Shown: positions 1 through 10,011, numbered from the stretch's first letter. The stretch: 64,000 nucleotides of DNA from an uncultured Alistipes sp. (GCA_949285535.1 CASDZP010000002.1:100054-164053); one strand, 5' to 3'. Made by a program: numbers and translations. The notes: generated from the sequence alone by a model not told the origin.

Positions 1-283
1 CACAAAGCACCGGTAACAAAAGGAAAATTTTTCTCATATTGATATTTAAAATAGTGTTTGTGTCAAACATTCGTCCGCGAACCGTTTCCGATACAGCAAC
101 TCTTTCAAAACACGTGGTTCTACCCTTTTCATGGCTCTCAAATACACCTGCGAGCCTCTATATATCAGACAAAGATAGTGTTTTTTGGAATCTGACAGTT
201 CTGTAACGGGAAATATTGTTGCCTTTTTTTATAAAAAGTTATTATATTTGCCCTGCAAATGAAAAAACATCAATTTTAAGGAT

Positions 284-781
284 ATGAAATTAGCAGAAAT
301 TTTGGCCATTTCGGGACAACCCGGCTTGTATAGATTTGTTGCCCAGTCTCGCGGCGGCATAATCGTGGAATCACTCGCGGATTCAAAACGAATGATTGTT
401 TCAGGCAATGCCAAAGTCAGCTCGCTCAACGACATAGCGATCTTCACCGTAGGCGAAGACATGCCCCTCGGACGTGTTTTTACACTCATAAGCGAAAAAA
501 CAGACGGAAAAGAGTGCTGCAGCCATAAAGACACCGATGAAAACATAAAAGCCGCGATGAAATCGTACGTGCCCGACTATGACACAGACCGCGTAAGACT
601 CTCTGACATGAAAAAACTCTTTTCATGGTATAATATTCTCGTCGGCGTGGGCATGAACAAATTTATCGAAATCGAAGAAGATGCAGACGCAGAAAAAGCA
701 GCTGAAACAGCCGAAACTGCCGAAACGGAAAGCAAACCCGCTAAAAAAGGCGGCAAAAAAGCTAAAACCACCGAAGAATAA
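284..781 (+). CDS. conserved hypothetical protein (DUF5606-like) with Ala/Glu/Lys-rich C-terminal tail
   Basis: 165-aa ATG-initiated ORF with its own intrinsic terminator about 20 nt downstream. The family name is recalled from similar Bacteroidetes proteins and is not verified. Confidence 0.6.
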   Translation: MKLAEILAISGQPGLYRFVAQSRGGIIVESLADSKRMIVSGNAKVSSLNDIAIFTVGEDMPLGRVFTLISEKTDGKECCSHKDTDENIKAAMKSYVPDYDTDRVRLSDMKKLFSWYNILVGVGMNKFIEIEEDADAEKAAETAETAETESKPAKKGGKKAKTTEE

Positions 782-800
782 ATCTATTATAAAGCACTAT

Positions 801-836
801 AAAAAACGGCTCAAAAATAGTTTTGAGCCGTTTTTT
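801..836 (+). terminator. intrinsic terminator
   Basis: Stem cggctcaaaa (807-816) pairs with ttttgagccg (821-830), loop atag, followed by T6. Confidence 0.8.
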
Positions 837-1034
837 GTGTTTCTACACTACCCTCATCATCATTGTAATAAATTACATAACATTATGCTTTGTGTCTTAT
901 CTGATATTAATGAACATATTTTATACAAAAGCGAATAAATAGATATAAACAGAAGCAAATAAAGAAACATATAAGTAAATAATGCAAATGACTAAGGAAG
1001 CAATATAAATAATCAAATAATTGTAAGTAGTAAT

Positions 1035-1083
1035 TAATGTAACGTATTAATGTAACGTATTAATGTAAAGTGTAATGTAAAAT
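1035..1083. repeat. 13-bp tandem repeat (taatgtaacgtat x2 exact, plus 2 degenerate units)
   Basis: Read directly: 1035-1047 and 1048-1060 are identical. 1061-1083 are diverged copies. Confidence 0.8.
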
Positions 1084-1172
1084 TTAAATAAAAATAGACG
1101 GGGTATGCTTGCTAACCTGTCTGTAAATGATTTAAAATGATAAAATAGATTAGATTATCCGTAAAGTGAAAT

Positions 1173-1211
1173 AAAAAAGCGACTCCCGTATCACTACAAG
1201 AGTCGCTTTTT
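1173..1211. terminator. bidirectional intrinsic terminator (ends nqr operon)
   Basis: Stem gcgactc (1179-1185) pairs with gagtcgc (1200-1206), flanked by A6 and T5. It lies 19 nt past the nqrF stop on the minus strand. Confidence 0.75.
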
Positions 1212-1229
1212 ATTAACATATTCAGTGCA

Positions 1230-2480
1230 TTATGCGCCGAAGTTGTCGTACATGATATTTTCAGGCGGTACGCCGAGTTCGTCGAGCATCTTTGTTGCCG
1301 CCGCGGTCATCATGGGAGGACCGCAGAGGTAGTATTCGATGTCTTCGGGAGCCTCATGATTCTTGAGATAGTTCTCGTAAATCACGTTATGGATGAAGCC
1401 GACGGGACCTGTCCAGTTATCTTCAGGTTTAGGCTCTGAAAGAGCGATTGTAAACTTGAAGTTGTCGTAGTTCTTTTCGATATCCTCGAACTGATCTTCG
1501 TAGAAGATTTCGCGACGAGAACGTGCGCCATACCAGAATGTAACTTTCTTGTCTCTGGTGTGGAGAGTGTGGAAGAGGTGGAAGATATGTGAACGCATGG
1601 GCGCCATACCCGCACCACCACCGATGAACATCTTTTCGTTGGGAGTGTCTTTCACGAAGAACTCGCCATAAGGACCTGAAATGGTGATCTTATCACCCGG
1701 TTTGAGAGAATAGATGTATGAAGAGCAGATACCGGGGTTGACATTCTTGAATGTTCCTGCCGCACGGTCCCAAGGCGGAGTCGCTATACGGATGTTGAGC
1801 ATGATGATGTTGCCCTCCGCAGGATGGTTCGCCATAGAGTAAGCACGGAATGTGGGTTCGGGGTTCTTGGTAACAAGATTCCACATGTTCATCTTGTCCC
1901 AATCCTCACGGAACTCGGGATTGATGTCGAAATCAGAGAATTTGATTTCGTCATACTTGGGAACGTCAATCTGAATGTAACCGCCCGAACGGAATTTAAG
2001 GTGTTCGCCTTCGGGAAGTTTAACCACAAATTCTTTGATGAAAGTTGCGACGTTGTTGTTTGAAACCACCTCGCACTCCCATTTCTTCACGCCGAGTACA
2101 GCTTCGGGAACTTTTATCTTGAGGTTCTCCTTGACTTTCACCTGGCAACCGAGACGCCATTTCTCTTTCTGCTGCTTGCGGGTGAAGAAGTTGACCTCAG
2201 TGGGGAGGATGTCTCCGCCGCCTTCGAGCACCTGGCATTTGCACATACCGCAAGAGCCGCCTCCACCGCAGGCAGAGGGAAGGAAGATGTTGTTGTTGGC
2301 GAGGGTCGAGAGCAGTGAACCGCCCGGCTCACATGTCAGCTCCTTTTCGCCGTCGTTTATCGAGATCGTAACATTACCCGAGGGCATCAGCTTCTTTTTG
2401 GCGAAAAGAAGAAGAGCCACGAGCACCAATATCACAATTAGAAAGGCTACGACCGAAATTATTATTGAACTATAGTCCAT
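1230..2480 (-). CDS. nqrF: Na+-translocating NADH:quinone oxidoreductase subunit F
   Basis: 416 aa with an N-terminal TM helix, the 2Fe-2S motif [12 protein letters not shown], and FAD/NADH motifs RAYSMAN and GGGAGMAPM. It is the last gene of an nqrABCDEF-ordered operon. Confidence 0.95.
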   Translation of the reverse strand: MDYSSIIISVVAFLIVILVLVALLLFAKKKLMPSGNVTISINDGEKELTCEPGGSLLSTLANNNIFLPSACGGGGSCGMCKCQVLEGGGDILPTEVNFFTRKQQKEKWRLGCQVKVKENLKIKVPEAVLGVKKWECEVVSNNNVATFIKEFVVKLPEGEHLKFRSGGYIQIDVPKYDEIKFSDFDINPEFREDWDKMNMWNLVTKNPEPTFRAYSMANHPAEGNIIMLNIRIATPPWDRAAGTFKNVNPGICSSYIYSLKPGDKITISGPYGEFFVKDTPNEKMFIGGGAGMAPMRSHIFHLFHTLHTRDKKVTFWYGARSRREIFYEDQFEDIEKNYDNFKFTIALSEPKPEDNWTGPVGFIHNVIYENYLKNHEAPEDIEYYLCGPPMMTAAATKMLDELGVPPENIMYDNFGA

Positions 2481-2507
2481 TTCTTTTTAATGTTATCGGT
2501 TTAACTT

Positions 2508-3125
2508 TTAGAGCTGAATACCCATGAAAGACATGAACGCCAGACCCATAAGACCTGTCAGAATAAAGGTAATACCTACGCCTCTCAAAGGAGCGGGCAC
2601 CTGCGAATAGGTGATTTTCTCACGGATTGCAGCCATTGCCACAATCGCGAGCCACCAACCGATACCCGAACCGAAAGCGAAAGCCGTAGCCTCACCGATG
2701 TTGGCGTAGTTACGCTCCTGCATGAAGAGCGAACCACCGAGGATGGCGCAGTTAACGGCAATCAAAGGCAGGAAGATACCGAGCTGACTATAAAGCGTGG
2801 GAGCGAATTTTTCCACAATCATCTCCACAATCTGCACGATTGACGCCACAACGGCGATGAAGACGATAAGGCTCAAAAAGCTCAGGTCCACGTTCGCGTA
2901 CTGCTCGCCGAGCCATGAGAGAGCTCCCGCCGACAGGACATACTTATTGAGGATGTAGTTCACGGGAACCGTCACGAGCATCACGAAAGTAACGGCCAAA
3001 CCGAGACCCATTGCCGTCTTTACCTGCTTCGAAACGGCGATGTAAGAACACATGCCGAAGAAGAAGGCGAAGACCATGTTGTCGATGAATATCGACCTTA
3101 CAAATATGCTAAGTATATTTTCCAT
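2508..3125 (-). CDS. nqrE: Na+-NQR subunit E
   Basis: 205-aa polytopic membrane protein of the NqrE/RnfA type, located between nqrD and nqrF. Confidence 0.93.
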   Translation of the reverse strand: MENILSIFVRSIFIDNMVFAFFFGMCSYIAVSKQVKTAMGLGLAVTFVMLVTVPVNYILNKYVLSAGALSWLGEQYANVDLSFLSLIVFIAVVASIVQIVEMIVEKFAPTLYSQLGIFLPLIAVNCAILGGSLFMQERNYANIGEATAFAFGSGIGWWLAIVAMAAIREKITYSQVPAPLRGVGITFILTGLMGLAFMSFMGIQL

Positions 3126-3140
3126 ATCTTATTCTCCTTA

Positions 3141-3785
3141 TTATTCGCAAAGGCTTCTGTTACGTGAACGATGTATCCATATAATTATACCCACGCAGAT
3201 AAGAGCCATCGGAGGCAGAAGCATGAGGCTGTTGTTGGCATAACCGTGCGCGTAGAAACTTTCGGGAATCACTCTGTAACCCCAAACGGTTCCCGCACCG
3301 AGCAACTCACGGAAGAAACCGAGTATCACCAGAATCATGCCGTATCCCAGACCGTTGCCTATACCGTCGAGGAATGAGGGCCACGGTTTGTTACCGAGCG
3401 CGAAAGCTTCGATACGACCCATCACGATACAGTTTGTAATGATAAGGCCTACAAACACAGAGAGCTGTTTGCTGACGTCATAAACAAAGGCTTTCAATAT
3501 CTGGTCAACGAGAATCACCAACGCGGCAACCACCACCAGCTGAACGATGATACGGATACGCGAGGGAATCGTCTTACGCAACATTGAGAGTATCAGATTG
3601 GAAAAAGCGGTAACGACAGTCACCGAGAGCGCCATCACGAAAGCGGGCTGCAGTTTGGCAGTCACAGCCAACGCGGAACAGATACCGAGTATCTGAACCG
3701 TAATGGGGTTGCTCGAGCCCAGCGGACCTGTGAGCAACTTCATATTTTTAGCCGAGAAAATCGGCTCTTTCTCTTTATTACTCAT
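3141..3785 (-). CDS. nqrD: Na+-NQR subunit D
   Basis: 214-aa polytopic membrane protein of the NqrD/RnfE type, in operon context. Confidence 0.93.
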   Translation of the reverse strand: MSNKEKEPIFSAKNMKLLTGPLGSSNPITVQILGICSALAVTAKLQPAFVMALSVTVVTAFSNLILSMLRKTIPSRIRIIVQLVVVAALVILVDQILKAFVYDVSKQLSVFVGLIITNCIVMGRIEAFALGNKPWPSFLDGIGNGLGYGMILVILGFFRELLGAGTVWGYRVIPESFYAHGYANNSLMLLPPMALICVGIIIWIHRSRNRSLCE

Positions 3786-3800
3786 GGTTTTAACGTTTTA

Positions 3801-4547
3801 CTACTTTACACCGTATTTAGCGAGGAACGGCTCATAGTCGCCCACGCATGTTTTAATCATAGACTCTACGGCACGAGAAGTAATCGTACCACCTGAAATC
3901 GCGTCAACCGCATGAGAGTTGCCGGCAGAAGAACCGACACCTTTGGTCACGCTGATGCCCACGAAAGCGCCGTTGCTGAAGAGCGTCTTGCCGACAAACT
4001 GTTTCTGGAACGCGGGAGTGGCAATCTCCGCACCGAGACCCGGAGTTTCACCCTTGTGACCGAAAACGCTGCCGTTGATGGTATCGAGGTTCTGTTCCAA
4101 AGAGATATAACCCCAAATGGGACCCCAAAGACCTGCGCCGTAAACGGGAAGAATGTAGTTTATTCTGCCTTCGTCGTTTTTGCTGACAAAAACGGGAAGT
4201 TTACGTTCACTCGCGTCTTTAGCGAATTCCGCTTTAAGGTTGTTCAATGTGGCGAAAGCCTCTTTTTCAGAATTGGGGATTTTGTTACCCTCGCTGTCAA
4301 CAAGGAAGCTCTCGACGATGTATTTTGCATACTCTGATTTCACATAATCGTTCTTGTTGGGAGCCTTGGCAGCCTCTTCGGCGTTGTAGAGTCCCACTGA
4401 ACCGAGAATGTCGCTCATCTTTTCGACTTCGACGTTGCTCTGCTGACGAGAGCTCAACGAAAGTGTCACCAATGAGAGAACCACAGCCACGACTACAACA
4501 AGAACAATCGAATAGCCGATTATATATGTATTACTCTGTCTGTTCAT
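3801..4547 (-). CDS. nqrC: Na+-NQR subunit C
   Basis: 248 aa with one N-terminal TM helix and the FMN-attachment-type motif SGGTITS near the C-terminus. Confidence 0.9.
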   Translation of the reverse strand: MNRQSNTYIIGYSIVLVVVVAVVLSLVTLSLSSRQQSNVEVEKMSDILGSVGLYNAEEAAKAPNKNDYVKSEYAKYIVESFLVDSEGNKIPNSEKEAFATLNNLKAEFAKDASERKLPVFVSKNDEGRINYILPVYGAGLWGPIWGYISLEQNLDTINGSVFGHKGETPGLGAEIATPAFQKQFVGKTLFSNGAFVGISVTKGVGSSAGNSHAVDAISGGTITSRAVESMIKTCVGDYEPFLAKYGVK

Positions 4548-4560
4548 TATATTATCCTCC

Positions 4561-5736
4561 CTATTTGGTTGCTTTTTTGAGACGACGGTTTCTACGACGG
4601 ATGTTCGCCTCTACTACATAGTGGTCGATAATGGGCGCCATCGCGTTCATAAACAGAATCGAGAGCATCATGCCTTCGGGGTAACCGGGGTTAACCACAC
4701 GAATCAGCACGGCGAACGCACCGATGAGGAAACCGTATATGAATTTACCTGTGTTTGTCTGAGCCGAGGTAACGGGGTCGGTAGCCATAAAGACCGCACC
4801 GAAAGCGAAACCACCGAGAAGAAGGTGATAGTAAGCGGGCATCTCCATCACGATGTTCAGACCGAGCATATTGAAGAACAAGCCCATGAGATAACCACCC
4901 GCAAACACAGAGAGCATGATTCTCCATGAAGCGATACCGGTGAAAAGGAGAATTATCGCGCCTATCATTATGGCGATGAACGATGTCTCACCGATAGAAC
5001 CGGGAATGGTACCTATAATCCAGTCGCTGACCGTGCTGCTAATATTAAGGCTCGCTGCTTTCTCCGAAAGAGAGTTCGCAATCTCCGTAAGGGGAGTCGC
5101 GCCTGAATAACCGTCGAGAGTCTGACCCGCATTCATACCTGCCACCCATACTTTCTCACCTGAGATATAGGGAGTGTAGGCAAAGAACATGAACGCGCGG
5201 GCGAGCAACGCGGGGTTAAAGACGTTCATACCCGTACCGCCGAACACCTCTTTACCGATAATAACGGCGAAAGCGGTAGAGACGGCAACCATCCAGAGGG
5301 GTGCGTCAACGGGCATAACCATCGGTATGAGAAGACCAGACACGAGGAAACCCTCGTTCACCTCATGTCCGCGAACCTGCGCGAAGATGAACTCAATGCC
5401 CAGACCCACAACATAAGACACGATGATTATGGGAAGAACTTTCAGAAAACCGAACCAGAAACATTCCATAACCGTGCTGTCGAGGATACCCATCGCGCGG
5501 AAGTGCTGCAAGCCGACATTGTACATGCCGAACAAGAGGGCGGGGATAAGCGCCACAACAACGGTGAACATGGTACGTTTAAGCTCGATGGCGTCACGGA
5601 TGTGACTACCCGACTTTGTCACAGTATTGGGAACATAGAGGAATGTCTCGAAAGCGTCGAATGTCGAATGGAGCTTTTCGAAGCGACCTCCTTTCTCAAA
5701 CTGCGGCTTAATCTTATCGATATATTTTCGTAACAT
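4561..5736 (-). CDS. nqrB: Na+-NQR subunit B
   Basis: Polytopic membrane protein with the flavin-attachment-type motif YSGATPLT. The track ORF begins at TTG 5742. The first ATG, at 5736, gives MLRKYIDKIKPQFEKGG. Confidence 0.93.
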   Translation of the reverse strand: MLRKYIDKIKPQFEKGGRFEKLHSTFDAFETFLYVPNTVTKSGSHIRDAIELKRTMFTVVVALIPALLFGMYNVGLQHFRAMGILDSTVMECFWFGFLKVLPIIIVSYVVGLGIEFIFAQVRGHEVNEGFLVSGLLIPMVMPVDAPLWMVAVSTAFAVIIGKEVFGGTGMNVFNPALLARAFMFFAYTPYISGEKVWVAGMNAGQTLDGYSGATPLTEIANSLSEKAASLNISSTVSDWIIGTIPGSIGETSFIAIMIGAIILLFTGIASWRIMLSVFAGGYLMGLFFNMLGLNIVMEMPAYYHLLLGGFAFGAVFMATDPVTSAQTNTGKFIYGFLIGAFAVLIRVVNPGYPEGMMLSILFMNAMAPIIDHYVVEANIRRRNRRLKKATK

Positions 5737-5758
5737 TATCAAAAAATCTATTAATGGA

Positions 5759-7126
5759 TTAATTAAGCTCTTTTATCATTTGAGTGATACCGTCTCTGAC
5801 GATTTTCTGAACTTCTGTTTTAGAGGTGCAGACAAATTCGCACAGAGCGAGGTCTTCCTCGATTACCTCGTAGATACCGAGATTTTCCATCTTGTCGATG
5901 TCACCCGCAAGGATGGCTTTTACAAGATAGACGGGATAGATGTCCATCGGGAGCACCTTTTCATACTCACCCGACATAACCAGCGCACGACGTCCGCCGT
6001 TCAGGTTGGTATCGAGATTGTAGCTCTTCTTGGGAGTGAGCCAGCTGAAATAGGTACGTGACATTGAGAACTTGCCAAGACGCGGAGCAATCCAGCCGAG
6101 CATCTCGTAATGGTCACCTTCGGGAATGACGGTCACCATGTTGGCATAGTTGGTGATGAAACCTGTCTCCTTATCTATTTTTTTACCTGTCAGAACGTTA
6201 CCGCTGATTACACGGACAGATTGTCCCTCTTTAAGCGGTTTTATGGCGTTTTCGAGGATAGAATCGACGCGCGCACCTGAGATTATGCGATAGTAACGCG
6301 GTTTTTCCACGCAAGAACCTGCCAAAGCAATCACTTTTGACATGTCGAGCTTGCCTGTTCTGAGCAGACGGCCAAGGAAGATGAGAGAATAGACATCCAT
6401 TGTCCAAACAACCTCACCTTTATTAATAGGAGCGATGTGATGAATCTGAACACCTACGTTACCGGCGGGATGAGGACCTGTGAATGTGTTTTCTTCAACA
6501 ACGCCTTCGAGTTTTGAGAAAACTTTAGAGTGAGACTCATCGCTCAAGCCCAAATAAACCTTACCGGTAGTAAGCTTTTTAATCGCCTCTATACCTATGG
6601 CAAAATCATCGCCTGTGTTCTGGAGTATGAAATCGAAATCGGCAGCCAAAGGCGCTGAATCGAATCCCGACACGAAAATATCACGGGGAGTGTCTTTCGG
6701 GTCTGCGATTATACCATAAGGACGCTGAATGACAAAAGGCCAAAGACCTGATTTGAGCATCAGCTCTTTGAGTGACTCGGCGGTCAGCTCTTCAGGCTTT
6801 GACGGATTGAACTCTTCATATTCGCGTTCCTCGCTCGGACGAATCACGATGTTGAGAATCTTACGCTTCTCTCCTCGATTGATTGCCGTAACCACGCCGC
6901 TTATGGGCGAAGTAAAAAGCACTTCGGGGTGCTTTTTGTCGAAGAACAGCGGTGTTCCCGCTTTAACTGCGTCATCAACTTTCACAAGAAGTTTGGGTAT
7001 CACACCGATATAATCGTCAGGTGTGAGAGCATACTCCTGTGCCAAGGGAGCTGCGGTCAAAATCTTTTCCGCAACGCCTTGCAGGTTGATGTCGAGCCCT
7101 TTTTTCAAATGGATTACTTTCGACAT
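5759..7126 (-). CDS. nqrA: Na+-NQR subunit A
   Basis: 455 aa from ATG 7126 (MSKVIHLKKGLDINLQG...). The track ORF runs to 7258, but a consensus promoter lies inside that extension. Confidence 0.9.
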   Translation of the reverse strand: MSKVIHLKKGLDINLQGVAEKILTAAPLAQEYALTPDDYIGVIPKLLVKVDDAVKAGTPLFFDKKHPEVLFTSPISGVVTAINRGEKRKILNIVIRPSEEREYEEFNPSKPEELTAESLKELMLKSGLWPFVIQRPYGIIADPKDTPRDIFVSGFDSAPLAADFDFILQNTGDDFAIGIEAIKKLTTGKVYLGLSDESHSKVFSKLEGVVEENTFTGPHPAGNVGVQIHHIAPINKGEVVWTMDVYSLIFLGRLLRTGKLDMSKVIALAGSCVEKPRYYRIISGARVDSILENAIKPLKEGQSVRVISGNVLTGKKIDKETGFITNYANMVTVIPEGDHYEMLGWIAPRLGKFSMSRTYFSWLTPKKSYNLDTNLNGGRRALVMSGEYEKVLPMDIYPVYLVKAILAGDIDKMENLGIYEVIEEDLALCEFVCTSKTEVQKIVRDGITQMIKELN

Positions 7127-7177
7127 ACTGAAAATCTGATTATTGTTTATCTTTGGTAAAATATCAAAAATGATTTG

Positions 7178-7208
7178 CAAATTTAACTTTTGTTTGCCGA
7201 ATAACAAA
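7178..7208 (-). promoter_or_regulatory. candidate nqr operon promoter (-33 TTTG, 19-nt spacer, -7 TAAATTTG)
   Basis: The minus strand reads TTTG (7208-7205), a 19-nt spacer, then TAAATTTG (7185-7178). This matches the Bacteroides primary-sigma consensus. Confidence 0.5.
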
Positions 7209-7358
7209 TTTAATTTTCGTTTTTTTACACTCTCTGTCGGGAGATTTTTCGCAACCACTTTTCAATAAAGCCGATTATCGGGTCAGGGTTAGGCTGTTTA
7301 CGGACGTACAATAAAAAAGAGAGCGTGATTACCGATAACAATCACACTCTCTTTACCG

Positions 7359-7443
7359 TACCCGAAGCGGGACTTGAACCCGCACGACCGAAAGGGTCAC
7401 AGGATTTTAAGTCCGGCGTGTCTACCAATTCCACCATTCGGGC
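7359..7443 (-). tRNA. tRNA-Leu (anticodon UAA)
   Basis: Cloverleaf folded by eye: acceptor gcccgaa/ttcgggt, anticodon loop cuUAAaa, long variable arm, T arm gcggg-ttcaagt-cccgc. Length 85 nt, no encoded CCA. Confidence 0.9.
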
Positions 7444-7593
7444 ATCCTGTTGCGGTGCAAAGGTAATATTTATTTGGTAAGATTACAACACAAAACACAT
7501 CTTTTATAAAATAAGGTCAAAACACGAGTGCGGCACATACAGCCGACCTCCGTATCTAATGCGGTCTGTCAGGAACGTTTAGACCAGTTCTGG

Positions 7594-9273
7594 TTATTTT
7601 ATGCGGGCAGTGTATTCCGTAATTTCATATTTGTCGCTTCCGAAAATATCACCCTGCTCTCCGTTTTCAACGATACAGAAACGATTTCCTTCAACCGAAA
7701 CCACAACGACATCATTCATTACAGAAAAATCGACTATTTTACCGCCTACACTGAAATATATGCTCTCGCGCACTCCCAGCGACTCGGGTTTTGCCCGTTG
7801 CAGGACATCGTCGTAACGAGTTGAATAGACGTAATGTTCATTATGGGGATAATAGTTGTCGCACGGGAAATAAAGTTCGTTGAAATAATAAAAATCCGAC
7901 GACACCAGTTCTCCGAGAGTGTTCCATTTATAGTAACGTCCGTTTCCGACCAAGGTTGCATCGCCCTCCACAAAAGCTTCCGTTATGTTCCAATGTCCGC
8001 CGAGGTCGAGTTCGGGAGAATCTATCTGCCAGCTCCATGTCTCTCCGTTTTTGACAAGTCTGTGAACATAAAGCCCTGAAGCGGTATTTATTATAGCCAT
8101 GAAATCGCCGTCAGGAGCAACTACAATCGCAGGTGTTCCTATAAAAGAATCCGACTGCCCTGCCACACGCTCAATCTGTCGCACCACTCCATCAACAAGA
8201 ATTTCATTTTCGTTAAGCAATACATTATTCCCGCTGACACACCATCTTATGGGGCTGTATTTGTCGGCGACAGCCACAGTTGTCGAGCCGTCAAATACTC
8301 TGGTCACCTTTACGCCGAGACGGGCAAGTTCGAGATAACCGTCTTCATTGAGACCTTCCGTTAAACTGTTGTCCAACAAAGCCCTGTCAATATCAAAGCG
8401 ATATATGGGAACGCCTGCGACGCCATCGGGCGACTCTTTTGACGGCATGAAGAAAAAGGTATTCTCGCTCTCGCATCTGAATTGGACCGCATGTTCGTCC
8501 TCACCGAATATGTCTCCTGCCGATTCGTTAAGAGGAATCAGAAAACCGTCAGACGAACGCACCAATACGGGATAGGCGTCTTTCACCAACTGCTGGTGAG
8601 CCACAAAACCGTCAGAACGGGAATATATAGTATCGATTCTGGTGGCATAGTGCAACCATGCGAACGAATAATAAGCAGATATAGTTTTGAAGGCACGCAA
8701 AGTGGCTGTCGGCAACTCTTCATGACCGCCATCGGTACATTTCAGTGAGTCGAGTCCTGTTCCTTTAGTCAACTTCATTCCGAAAGACTCCTCTCTACCC
8801 TTTTGTGAATCAAACGCCTCCACCAGCAACACGGCGTCATCCAAATCGGCGAAATGGGGACGACCCGCCCTCAAATTTTCAGAAGCAACCATTTCAAAAA
8901 CGGTTACTGTTCCAAGATTAAAAGTCGTATCGGCTGCCGAATTACCGCGTCTGCCCGTGAGAGTAAATGAATAATCCCCTCTGTAATCTTCAGGTACCGA
9001 TATATATATATTAGACTTTCCGTTTTGCGAAGTCGACTCATCCACAGACAAAGACATCTGCGTACCGTCAAACCTCACAATCGGATTTTCAATTACTTCG
9101 GATACACTCAAAAAAAACGGTTCCCCGGCAATAATCTCTTTGTCGTAAATAAATACTGGGTCATCAGACGGTTTGATACCACCATCACCGTCTGCATAAT
9201 GTTTTGTGCATGACAAAAATCCGAACAGCGAACAAAAAAGGACAAGAACCGTAAAAATATTCGTTTTCTTCAT
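7594..9273 (-). CDS. hypothetical lipoprotein
   Basis: 559-aa ORF. The N-terminus MKKTNIFTVLVLFCSLFGFLSC has a signal peptide and a lipobox Cys. I recognise no family. Confidence 0.7.
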   Translation of the reverse strand: MKKTNIFTVLVLFCSLFGFLSCTKHYADGDGGIKPSDDPVFIYDKEIIAGEPFFLSVSEVIENPIVRFDGTQMSLSVDESTSQNGKSNIYISVPEDYRGDYSFTLTGRRGNSAADTTFNLGTVTVFEMVASENLRAGRPHFADLDDAVLLVEAFDSQKGREESFGMKLTKGTGLDSLKCTDGGHEELPTATLRAFKTISAYYSFAWLHYATRIDTIYSRSDGFVAHQQLVKDAYPVLVRSSDGFLIPLNESAGDIFGEDEHAVQFRCESENTFFFMPSKESPDGVAGVPIYRFDIDRALLDNSLTEGLNEDGYLELARLGVKVTRVFDGSTTVAVADKYSPIRWCVSGNNVLLNENEILVDGVVRQIERVAGQSDSFIGTPAIVVAPDGDFMAIINTASGLYVHRLVKNGETWSWQIDSPELDLGGHWNITEAFVEGDATLVGNGRYYKWNTLGELVSSDFYYFNELYFPCDNYYPHNEHYVYSTRYDDVLQRAKPESLGVRESIYFSVGGKIVDFSVMNDVVVVSVEGNRFCIVENGEQGDIFGSDKYEITEYTARIK

Positions 9274-9546
9274 AAAAAAACATTTAGACCCGCATATAAA
9301 ACCGTACCTTTACCTATATCACGAGAATATCTACGCACATAAATAAAAGTAGCACATAAATTGCAGGCTAATTTTCAAGTGTACAAAAATAACAAATAAT
9401 ACTCTCTTTGCTCGAAATAATTTATTGTTTTACACAACAAAAAGGATAACGCCACAAAACGTGATTTTTAGACATAAATGCAACACACTATAAAACAACC
9501 ACTTCCATAAAAAATCGCTAAAATTTTCATTTTTTTGTCATTTTTA

Positions 9547-9578
9547 TTTGGATAAGCTGTTTTTTTGTCATATTTTTG
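9547..9578 (+). promoter_or_regulatory. candidate promoter of the tRNA-Lys cluster
   Basis: TTTG (9547-9550), a 20-nt spacer, then TATTTTTG (9571-9578). The first tRNA starts at 9598. Confidence 0.55.
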
Positions 9579-9597
9579 CACTCGCAAAGAAAAAGAT

Positions 9598-9670
9598 GAT
9601 TCAGTAGCTCAGCTGGTAGAGCACGACACTCTTAATGTTGGGGTCCTGGGTTCGAGCCCCAGCTGAATCA
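9598..9670 (+). tRNA. tRNA-Lys (anticodon CUU)
   Basis: Acceptor gattcag/ctgaatc, D stem gctc/gagc, anticodon stem cgaca/tgttg with loop ctCTTaa, T arm ctggg-ttcgagc-cccag. Confidence 0.92.
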
Positions 9671-9712
9671 CTTCTCCGCGATGTACGGGCGGAAGAATAA
9701 ATTCCGTACAAC

Positions 9713-9785
9713 GATTCAGTAGCTCAGCAGGTAGAGCACAACACTTTTAATGTTGGGGTCCTGGGTTCGAGCCCCAGCTGGATCA
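9713..9785 (+). tRNA. tRNA-Lys (anticodon UUU)
   Basis: Same fold as the first copy. Anticodon stem caaca/tgttg with loop ctTTTaa. Confidence 0.92.
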
Positions 9786-9827
9786 CTACTCCGCAATGTA
9801 CGGGCGGAAGAACAAATTCCGTACAAC

Positions 9828-9900
9828 GATTCAGTAGCTCAGCAGGTAGAGCACAACACTTTTAATGTTGGGGTCCTGGGTTCGAGCCCCAGCTGGATCA
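9828..9900 (+). tRNA. tRNA-Lys (anticodon UUU), second copy
   Basis: Identical to 9713-9785. Confidence 0.92.
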
Positions 9901-9908
9901 CAAAAAGG

Positions 9909-9944
9909 AAACATCCGCAAAATAATTTTTGCGGATGTTTTTTG
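9909..9944 (+). terminator. intrinsic terminator of tRNA-Lys cluster
   Basis: aaacatccgcaaaa / taat / ttttgcggatgttt, followed by a T-run. Confidence 0.8.
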
Positions 9945-10011
9945 TTTTTATGCCTGTACACAATAATCACGTGCAATATTCCGTAATAAAATCGTATTGC
10001 CGGACAGGCAA

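Noticed and set aside
1-37. Possible 5' end of a leftward gene: the minus strand from ATG at 37 reads MRKIFLLLPVLC…, which is signal-peptide-like.
   Set aside because: Only 12 codons lie inside the window, which is too little to support a call.
7127-7258. N-terminal extensions offered by the ORF track for nqrA, and similarly for PiT (49507-49578), blc (52359-52520), miaA (29688-29813), kdsB (32009-32035), nqrB, the OMF, the adaptor and the TIGR01212 gene.
   Set aside because: The extensions start at TTG or GTG or contain a consensus promoter box. They overlap the upstream gene or lack family-typical sequence. Internal ATG starts give canonical N-termini.
9750-9986. 78-aa plus-strand ORF in the track.
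   Set aside because: It lies entirely across the two tRNA-Lys(UUU) genes and their terminator, so it is an artefact.
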